Positions 29,595 to 39,700 of a stretch of 64,000 nucleotides of DNA are shown piece by piece (within the stretch, counting starts at the first letter, position 1; every line of letters starts with the position of its first letter). Location: assembly GCF_000142905.1 (NCBI RefSeq), contig NW_013657652.1:62001-126000 (forward strand), in the 5' to 3' direction. The notes under the pieces were generated by a model. The model saw only the letters and a list, made by a program, of their open reading frames with translations. It did not search any database and had not been told where the DNA came from. This stretch comes from Thecamonas trahens ATCC 50062 (Eukaryota > Protista > Apusomonadida). A program made the position numbers and the translations under genes.

Positions 29595-32500
29595 TCACTC
29601 GAGCGTGTCGAGTGCAGGCGGCGGCGGCGGCGGCACGGCAAAGCTAGACACAACATCGTCACCGACTGTGCCGTTGAGCGATGTCTGCGCAGTACGCGAG
29701 TCAAACGAGACAAGTTCAGGCCCCGAGTCGACCATCGAGTCAGGAGGCGAGTTGCCTGACGAGACGTGGACCAACTGCGGATGAGCAGATGAGAACTCGT
29801 CCATCTGCACTTCGTTGCGGAGTGAGCAGTCGCCGACAGTGCCAAACTGCGACTCGCCGATGTCGAATGACTCGTCGGCCGACTCGCCAACTGCCGCAAA
29901 CTGGTCGTCCACCTCCTTGGCCATAGCCAGCCAGCGGTAGGTGTCGTAGATCGAGCCGCCAATAATGGCCAGAAGATTGGATCCGAGCGAGAACACGATG
30001 CCGACGTTGCGGACTCGCGGCGAGACCGTGAGTGACGAGCCAAAGTAGAGGACAAGCGTCGACGAGGCGATGCAAAAGACAGCAAGGGCGTTGTGGAAGA
30101 CGTCAAAGTACGGCTTGACAAACGCAACGTGTGCTCCAGACGCCGCGAGGACGGCAACCGCGTAGAACGCCTTGTTGTACGGATTTGACACTGCGTACGA
30201 CGAAGTCATCGCGAAAACGACTCCAAGCTTGCGCGCCATCACCGCAACCTCAAAGTAGTACGCTTGCTCACGGAAGCGCGCGACGAGGAACCCGTACCGC
30301 AGCGCAAACTCAATCGGACCGAGCACCTTGCGCCGGTTGACGAGGAGGAAAATGATCGCTGAGGGCAAGACAACGCAGTATGCAGTGGTGAAGAAGACTG
30401 CAAACGGTATCCATGCCGCGTGGCCGCCCGAAAAGCACTCGTCGCTCGGCGACGGCACGTGGCTTAGCCGCCCGTCACGGTCGCGCGCGCAGTCAAAGTA
30501 CGACAGCGCCACAGATGCGAGCGGAAGAAAGAGAATGGTGACGAGCTGAAAGTACGCTCGCACCATCACCGCTAGCATCCCGCGCCCACGGACCAATATC
30601 TCGGTCCGGAAACGCGCCTTGCGCCGCGTCCACCGCGCCCGGCGTGACGCCGCAGCAGGCAGCACATCCATAGCTCCCGGGTGGTTGCGGAGATAAGCCT
30701 CGCCGTGCGCATCGACCCAGCGTCCATACGCCCAGTTGATGCCGTAGATGACACAGAACGGAATGAGGAGCAGGACAGGGCCGAGCATGGTGAGCACGTA
30801 CTTGAACCGGTAAACGTGTGAAGCGCCGAGCCCGCACTCGGGCGACGTGAGCTCGATGTTGAGATTGGCAAACGAGAGCACGTCAAAAACCGCCCGCGCG
30901 TACTCGGGCCACGCCAGTGGCAGCTCACCGTACATGGCAGAGATTTGCAGCGAGGTGAGCCCGATGATGAGCGCCGCGTACTTGTACAGCGATCGAGACT
31001 GTGTGTTGAACCAGACCAGGAAGCTGACGCCCCCAAAGGCGACCGCCACAAACACCACAACAAGGAGCGAGCCCAGCGGTGAGCACTTATGACACTTGGA
31101 TCCGAGCTGGTAGTAACCCGAGACGCATGACGCACACAACCGCCCACCGTACCCGACCGCGCACCGCCCGGATCCGGTGCATGCCTGGCTGTTGGGACAC
31201 GAAATGAAAACGCTTGGATCCGAGCCTGGGAAGAAGCCCGGTCCGGCCTCGGGCGGTGCGTTGCCTCCAGAACACACACCGCCCGGCGGGCACGCCACGC
31301 ATGACGGCACGCTACTCTTGACTGCCGTGTTGAAGTATGACGGCACGCAGTGGCAGTCCGATACGTTCGTCGCCTGCGAGACAGACGTAGTAAAGATCGG
31401 GCAGACATTGCACCCGTCGCCGGTCGGCGAGTACGAGCCCGGCGTACACGGCGTGCATGCGCCCTCGGCATCGCCGGCATACCCGGGCTCACACTGCATC
31501 AGCGTCGCCATGATCTGTGCCGGCGTAACTCCACCAGCGCCGGCAAGTCCGACCGCCTGGACCGCCACCGCAAAGCGGGTCGTGGGCGTGAGGCCTCGCA
31601 ATGTGTGCTCGGTGCCGGCAACAACAACCGCGTCACCGGTCTCTGGATCTGTCGCCGGCACCCCGTCGAGCAGGATGCGGTATGAGAGCAGGCCCTCGTC
31701 AGGATGGATATATGGCGGCGCAAGCCACGAGAGAAGCAGCGTCGTCTTGGTCGCACGAATGAGGCCGAGTGCGTCCGGTGCGCCAGGCGGCGTGAGCGTG
31801 CAATCGGGTGGAATCGCGCGCCCCGGTGCGCAACTCGCGCACTCGGTGTGGTTGTTGACGCAGGTGACGCACGGAAAGACGCAGAGTGGCAGCTCGCACA
31901 CCACATGTCGCGGGGAGCTTGTCTCGCGGTCCTGCCATTGCCAGGCCTCGGACGGAAAGTACGACGGCTCGGTGTTGAACTCGAGGCCATTCTGCCTAAT
32001 CGGCTCGTTCGGCTGGGTGCTGCCCGGCCGCCACAATGTAAACTGGTCTTGCAGCGTAATGCCACGGTCCACCGTCACAAACTTGGCGTAGTACGCCGGT
32101 CGCAAAATGCCCAACCATGTGTTCTTGGTCGCTATGCCCAGGTGGACAACCTCATTCTGGATGTGGGCAAACTCTTCGGCGCTGTTGGGCACCACGGGGT
32201 AGCCCGGTGTCGGTAGGCCCAGGCAAAACTCGGTAGCCTCTGCATACGTGTAGAGATTGTCTAGATCGGCAGCGTAACACGAGGTACCGAACCGCTGTCC
32301 AGTGCTGCAATCACCCTCGCTGCTAAAGGCGACGCACGTCGGCTGAACGCCAGACCATGCCAGCGGGTAGCCATCGCGAAAAACGGTGATCGATGAGTAC
32401 ACTTGATTAACGTTGTCGGTGTGCGGGTCGCCGAGGCCGACGATGATGAACACAACTTTGTGGTCCATCTGCGGCGGATCAGTGAGCGTGTAGAGGTGGT

Positions 32501-34597
32501 GGAGGAGCGGCATAAGCTCAGGCGTGTACGCGGTGCCCTCGGCCGACTCTGTCGGCATGGTCCATGGGATAAACAGCGAGGTTCGCGGTCGTGATGAGAT
32601 GTCAAACGGGTCCGACGTTGAGAGCCGCGGCGTCCGGTTGTTCGATGCGTGGGCGTAGATACGAACGTTCACCGGTGCTACCGGCGACGGGCTCCGCCAG
32701 CGGAACCGCAGCTTGAGGCTCGAGTACCGAGCGATGGGATCGATGTCAACCTCGACGGCGGACATGTTGGCCCCAAGCCAGAGCGAGTTGACATTGAGGA
32801 CGGTGCCGTCGCCCAGCTCGTGCGTGTCTTCGCTATCACCAGTGAAGACTTCGCCGAGCTCGGCAAACTCGGTGCACGTCCGTCGCGCCGAGCCGGCTAG
32901 GTAGTACCCCGCGTTGCAAGCCACAACAGCATCGCCGCCGAGCTCGTTCGAATACGAGACGATGCGCCCATTTGCCGGCGCCTCGACCGCATCACACACG
33001 TCCAGGAGGCGAACGTTGCAATCAGGCACCAAGCCCCAGCCGGCCATACACTCGGTGCAGACCGGCGCTGCCGCTGGACCGGTACACCGACGGCAGTTGC
33101 CTGGACACTTGGGCCCCTCGCAGATATAAAACCGCGTTCCGCCCGATTCGTCCTCGAGCTCAAGATCGTTGTACTCGCCGGTGGTATCGTCGAGCGTGAC
33201 AAACGGCTCGTTGAGAACCTTGGTGTGCCGGAGAACCTGTGACGTGACGTTGCCGAGCCAGAAGAACCGGAACTCATCCTCGTGGTCGTAGAGAAGGGTG
33301 GCGTCGTACGCCGGATCCTTGGTCATGCCCACCCAGCAATCGCCATCGAGCAGCTGCGAGACAAAGACAGCCTCGTCGTAGCTCTCGAGCGAGACGAGAC
33401 GGAGGCCCTCGCCCTCGCAGTTTGCCTGGGCATCCGACCATGTGCGCGAGGTGTGAACGTGACTGTAGACGCGGCCGCCAAAGAGGTTGGTGTAGATGTT
33501 GATGCGGTCGTCCGACACGTCGATCGGAGAGAGGCACGCGGCCTCGACGCCGGACCAGTACGGCGTCCCGCCGTCCCATCGCGGGTGCGCCATGCACGTC
33601 CGCGTAGGCGAGCCCTGGAACTCGTATCCAGCGTCGCAGCTGAGGGTGCATACCGATCCAATGGCACCGCTGTTGGTGCACGAGATCGATCCCGAGGTCG
33701 GCGACGCGAGCGCGGGGCAAAAGCTGGTGTCGACGGTGCACGCTGGTGGGCCCACTCGCCCGATCATGCATTCGGTGCAATCACTGCTGTTTGCCCCGCA
33801 CGTCCAGCATGAAGGGTCACACATTGGCCCGCTACAAACGTACGCGAGCTTCGTGCCTGGATCGCGCTCGACAAAGACATCGGCGGAATCGCGCGAGTTG
33901 ACCGATGTCGCAAAGGCTGCCGAGTCTGACGGCTCGCCGGGCGGCCAATCGCTGAAATCGGCCGGCGTCCCATCAGTGTTGGCAAAAGTGGAGTCAGTTC
34001 CCGAGGCCTGTAGCGAGACGAGTGGACCGATGACGACATGAAGGACACATCAAGTCAAGAGGTGCAAGAGGTGCAGCGAGCAGCGGTGAACATGGTGAGT
34101 GGGACAAAGGCGGGAGGGCGTGTGCTGCCCAAAAAAAAGGTGCCAACATCAGGCCAAAAGGAGACAGGGCACGAGGAGTAGGGAGGGGAGGGAGTAGGGG
34201 AGGGGGGATTAGGCGCGGGGGGGGGTGTCGAAGGGGGCGGAGCAGAGGATGAGAAATACGAGAGGGGCAACAACAACGTCAAGGACACAAAGGGTTTCTC
34301 CTAGCAGACACGTACATCATAGTATGCGATGAGGTAGTCCCCTTCGGGGCTCTCGGGTGGTGTGAGGATGGTCAGGAGATTGGTGAGGTCGAGCGGGGAA
34401 TGAAGTGACGCCAGGTGGCCTCCCCACTCATTGCACGCGTGCTCGGCGAGCCAAATCGAGGTACGCCCACTCAGGCTGGATTCGACCATGTAACACCGAC
34501 CCCCAATAGTGTAGGGACAGTTTAGTGTGGCTTCGCTGCTGGTGACAAGCGCAAGCACAAGTGCTAGTGCATACGCAATGCCCGTAGCCCTGGCCAT
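29595..34597 (-). CDS. Large multidomain surface receptor: signal peptide, 3 C-type lectin, sushi/CCP, furin-like, FN3, ephrin-receptor-like Cys repeats and a multi-TM C-terminus; exon 1 34316-34597, exon 2 29595-34007
   Basis: A phase-0 intron GTACGT…CTACAG (34008-34315) joins YLIAYYD|ASGTDS…WPPGEP into one lectin domain. Sushi motif CDAGYEFQGSPTRTC…WSG; FN3 LSWLAPP…LRGLTPTTRFAVAV; YGFLVARFREQAYYFE in the TM region. Confidence 0.85.
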
Positions 34598-34810
34598 GAG
34601 TAAAACTGCGCCCTTCCGTCCCGAGACAAGCGATGCACTCGCTTCGGCTGAAAACTCCACGTCAAAGATTCCGCGTCCGATGCCGTGCAACACAACCGAG
34701 CGCTGCCAGCATGAGCGAATGACGTCATGATGTGGTTGGCTGGCTGTCGTGGATCGATGGGTGGACTCTGATGTGTGCATGGGTGGTAAACCGGTGGTGA
34801 GTGTTTTCGA

Positions 34811-35404
34811 TCACCGGAGGGCGTAGTAGTCCTCGGAGAGGGCACCCGAGGAGCGCCGCGATGGTGAGGCCGAGCCAAACTGCAGCGAGAGCAGCGGCGA
34901 GTAGTTCCCGGTGCGAACACCGCGGATGGCGGAGGAGAGGGCGACAAAGGCGACAAACTGGATGATGGAGGCACCGATGACGAGCCACGGACCAGCAGCC
35001 CAATCGTACGAGATGTCGTTGACGGCGACAAGCATCCACACCAGCGCCGAGCCGAGCGAGAAGAGCATGGCTAGAAGCGAGACGACCACGCCCGCACGGG
35101 TGGCCTTGGACACGGTATCTTTCCCGGCCTGGTTTCCGACGACGAGGACAAAGACGGCGCCAACAATGGCGAGGCCCGAAAACAACGCCGATGCAATCAG
35201 GCCCGCAAAAGCCAGGCCGCCGTAGTCCACCAGTGGCTGCAGCGAGGGCTGGTTGGTATCGAGCGAGTCGCGGGCTGACTGGAAGAACTCGACGTAGTCT
35301 CTCAGCGTCACCCTGTCACACCATCCATAGCCCGCAACCATGTATCGCCCGCGACAATGCATCGCCCACACACACACATCGCCCACACACACGCATCCCC
35401 CCCC

Positions 35405-35435
<31 letters not shown>

Positions 35436-36623
35436 TCGCCCATACACACACACACACACATCGCCCAGGCCGGTGCTCGGATCACATACCGACCCCCAAT
35501 AGTGTAGGGACAGTTTAGTGTGGCTTCGCTGCTGGTGACAAGCGCAAGCACAAGTGCTAGTGCATACGCAATGCCCGTAGCCCTGGCCATGAGTAAAACT
35601 GCGCCCTTCCGTCCCGAGACAAGCGATGCACTCGCTTCGGCTGAAAACTCCACGTCAAAGATTTCTGCGTCCGATGCCGTGCAACACAACCGAGCGCTGC
35701 CAGCATGAGCGAATGACGTCATGATGTGGTTGGCTGGCTGTCGTGGATCGATGGGTGGACTCTGATGTGTGCATGGGTGGTAAACCGGTGGTGAGTGTTT
35801 TCGATCACCGGAGGGCGTAGTAGTCCTCGGAGAGGGCACCCGAGGAGCGCCGCGATGGTGAGGCCGAGCCAAACTGCAGCGAGAGCAGCGGCGAGTAGTT
35901 CCCGGTGCGAACACCGCGGATGGCGGAGGAGAGGGCGACAAAGGCGACAAACTGGATGATGGAGGCACCGATGACGAGCCACGGACCAGCAGCCCAATCG
36001 TACGAGATGTCGTTGACGGCGACAAGCATCCACACCAGCGCCGAGCCGAGCGAGAAGAGCATGGCTAGAAGCGAGACGACCACGCCCGCACGGGTGGCCT
36101 TGGACACGGTATCTTTCCCGGCCTGGTTTCCGACGACGAGGACAAAGACGGCGCCAACAATGGCGAGGCCCGAAAACAACGCCGATGCAATCAGGCCCGC
36201 AAAAGCCAGGCCGCCGTAGTCCACCAGTGGCTGCAGCGAGGGCTGGTTGGTATCGAGCGAGTCGCGGGCTGACTACATCGCCCACCACCACACGTCGCCC
36301 GCAACCCACCGCACGCCGCATGAGTCCCCCCGCCCCGGCCTTCCCACATCCTCCCCTGCCCCACCCTACCCCACCCTCTCACACCCTCCGCACACGCCTC
36401 ATCCCAGCACTCTCTCCCAGAGACACGAGACATACTGGACCTGGAACGGAAAGAGGGCGTTGTGTGGGACAGTGACCGAGAGCAGCCCCACGTGCGAGCG
36501 TGACGACTCGGTGGCTCCAAACACCAAGGTCATGTGGATCCAGGGAATAAAGCCAAGAGCAGCAACGAGGAGGACAATAGCTGCAAATGACGACACAATA
36601 GAGACAAAGCCCGAGGCGCCCAT
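34811..36623 (-). CDS. Four-TM claudin/PMP22/SUR7-like protein, 229 aa; exon 1 36436-36623, exon 2 34811-35312
   Basis: TM1 followed by W…VGL; the phase-2 GTATGT donor (36435) and GACAG acceptor (35313) give FQVQ-VTLRDYVEFFQ; three more TM segments and a YDWAAGPWL motif. The intron contains the duplicated segment. Confidence 0.7.
35488..36274. repeat. 787-bp duplicate of 34495-35280 inserted in an intron, flanked by ACAT direct repeats
   Basis: Near-identical copy (only difference seen: gattccgcg vs gatttctgcg); ACAT at 35484-35487 and 36275-36278. Confidence 0.93.
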
Positions 36624-36731
36624 CGCTACGCTAATGTGAGTGCAGTGTGGCCATGTCCAGATCCCCCCCACCCTCTCCCCCTCTCCCCCTCTCCCACCCA
36701 GCCTCTTCATCCGAACACACAGTTCATTTCA

Positions 36732-39700
36732 TCAATAGAAGCTAACCTTGGGCGGCTCGGCCGGTCCGGCGCCGTACGAGGCAAGGAGCTCGACGGTCAC
36801 AATGTTGGCCTTGGTCACGGGCTTTTCAAAGTCAAAGGCGAGGACGGTGTCGACCTGGGCCATGGGCACCACAAAGATGCCGACTCGGATCTGGGAGCAA
36901 ATGCGCTTCTTGGCGTCAACGCCGCAGGCCACGATGCGAACCTGCCGGACCTGCGACGCAGGACCGTCGTCCGAGTGCCGGACCGTCAAGACCACGCCCG
37001 AGAGCGTGAACGGCTCCACCCCAAAGTCGAGCGTCCGCCGTGCGTTGCGCGTCTTGGTCCAAAGGATCTTGCAGAGCGCGGGCGAAGGTGCCGGCGCCGG
37101 CGCGTACGGCAACGGCGACGGCGAGACCACGGGCGTCGGGACCGGGAGTCCCTCGACCACCACCCGTCCGGCACTGAGATAGTTTCCGACCGCTTCGCCG
37201 TCCGCCAGCGAGAGGGTGAGCGTGAGAATCCGAACCGGCGCCGTCGGGGCGTCCAGTTCGTACCGATGCGACGCCCGTGGCGCGAGCTCAGTCACGTCAA
37301 ACGCTCCACAGATGGCTCGGTCGACAATGGTAGCGCCTGCCGCGAGCTCGACGTGGATGCCGGGCCGGCCAGACTCGCCGCCATACCCGGCGCCATCGGC
37401 GACAATCGTTACCGAGTGCACCATGGCCGCGGACGAGAGGACAATCATGAGATCCAGCGCCTTCGCGCCGTCCGGGCCCCGCCACGCGAGCCCGTCGAGC
37501 GACGGATGCGGCGAGAAGAGGAGCACTTCGGCCGGGTGGCTCTCGGCCGCGGTCGGGACCGAGGCCAGGAGCGCCGCCGCTGGATACTGGGCCAGTGACG
37601 AGAGCGTGCCTTGCTCGTGGTACGGCGCGAGGTTCGGCGTTGACGCCCGAGCTGCGGTGAGGAGGAGCGAGCGGTGCGCCCGCGCGGCCTCCGAGTGCGC
37701 CAGCGCCTGTGCCCGCGCCAGCTCGTCGACCTGTGCCAGCACCCCAAGCTGGTCGCGGAGAACCGAGCCGCACCGCATGCACACAACCTCCTTGACCGAC
37801 GTCACATGCTTGACAATGACGTGACGCTCCGGGTCGAGGCAGTCCTGGCAGAACCGCCGGAGGCAGTGCCCGCACGACTTGCCAGATGCCGAGAGCATGT
37901 TGGTGCACTCCGAGTTGGAGCAGATGACGCTCGCGTACTTGGAGCTCTTAGCGAGCTGCTTGACCAAGTCGACGTCAACCTTGTTGACAAACCGGTTCGG
38001 GTCAAAGAACTCGAGTCGGAGACCAAGCGCAAGCAGCGCAACGTCGCGCTGGCTCGGGCTCAGGCCGAGCTGCAGCCGCAGCAAGTCGAGCTGCAGCGCC
38101 GCCAGCAGCGTCATCTTGGTCTTGGACGCCACAAGCTGTGCCGCCGCCTGGCGGTACTGCTCGACATCGGCCGCACTCCCGGTTCCGGGCGCGGCTTCCG
38201 CTGCCTCGCTCGCGCCAGGTTCGTCGGCATCGGCTTCGATGGCGTCAGAATTGGTGCCGGCATCCGGGCTGCCTGTGCTCGCTTTGGCCGCATCTGTGTC
38301 CGCGTCCGCCGGCGGCGGTGACTTGGTCGCTCGCCGTCGCCGCCGCCGCGACTTGCTGCCGCCAAGCTCGCGGGTAAGCTCGAGGACGCGCGAGGCGAGG
38401 CCGACCGACGCGAGCTCGGCTGACGCCGCCAGCGCGTCGGTCGACTCGAGCGAGGTGCCAAAGACGGCAACGGCGCCGAGGGACATCGGCTTGTGGCCCG
38501 GCGGCGCCCGGAACGAGACGTGCACAAACCGCTCCGGCGCCCGGACGCCCGGCTCGGCGCCCTTGTAGTCGTACAGCAGGCCGGCCCGCTCTTCGACCGA
38601 CGCCGCGCCGATGCGGAACGTCAGCCGCGTCCCAGACTTGACTGCAGGAAGCGCCAGCGCCTGGTAAAGGATGCGACATGAGTCGACGTGCTCGCCGGCC
38701 CAGACGTCCACAAGGACCGGCGCCACCGTCCCAGCGGTCTGGACCAACGTCACCGAGAGCTCAGATACGTAGCACGGCCGACGAAGGAAGATGTACAGCT
38801 CGGCAACCTCGGAGCCCTCTATGCACTCCCATACCGCGTCCGAGTGCTGCAGCAGATCGTCGGCCGATGCCGCACCAATGCCGGTGGTGAGCGAGAAGAG
38901 CGGCTTGACCAAAAACGACGCTGGCGGGCCCGACATCCACACCGCCCGCGGCAGCTGCCCGGCCCGGGCCACCAGCGACGGAAAGTGCCGCGCCTTGTCA
39001 AGCCCAAGCCACATGGTGAAGAGCGTGTGTCGTTGCGAGTCGTGGACCACGTTTTGGAACCGCCGCTGGATGGAAATGAGCGTGTTGTTGGGCGCCGCGT
39101 TGACGTTAGGTGAGTAGTTGCGGATCATTGACGAGTGTGCCGCCGGCGAGTTGGTGTACAACGTCGAGCACACATCGCCGTGCGCCACAAACATCTCAGC
39201 CAGCGCCGCCAGCACGCTCGGCTCCATCCAGCTTGTCAGGTCGGCCAGGCTTGCCCGTAGCAGCGGCCACTTGTTGTCGCGCCCATCGCTCGCCAGCGCC
39301 GCCGCTGCTTGAGCGGGCACCGCCAACCCGAGCCCTAGACGCCGCAGCATCTCGCCCACAATCTGGAACGAGGCAAAGAACGAGGCCACATTCGTCCGGT
39401 CAAGCGAGTCGGCGCAGTTCCATCGCAGCAGCGCGCCCTGCTCAGACTCGAGACGGTAGGTAAACGACGAGAACGGCGAGCGCGGGTTGTCGACAAGCTC
39501 AATGGCGCCGGTGGCCACCTCCATGCTACCCAGCGGAACCGAGAGTTGCTGCCACAGTGCGCCGATGGTCTCGTCCGGGCCGAGCATCTTGAAAATGCCA
39601 TGCCAGTCAAAGTTGATGAGCGAGAGCTCCATGGCCATCGACTCGCGCAGCGACCGGACCGCCGTCTGGAAGTGTTCCGAGAGGAGAGTCTCGGACGAGT

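Noticed and set aside
35488-36274. Duplicate as a transposon or processed retrocopy
   Set aside because: It has no terminal inverted repeats, transposase/RT or poly-A tail, and it includes intergenic DNA from two genes.
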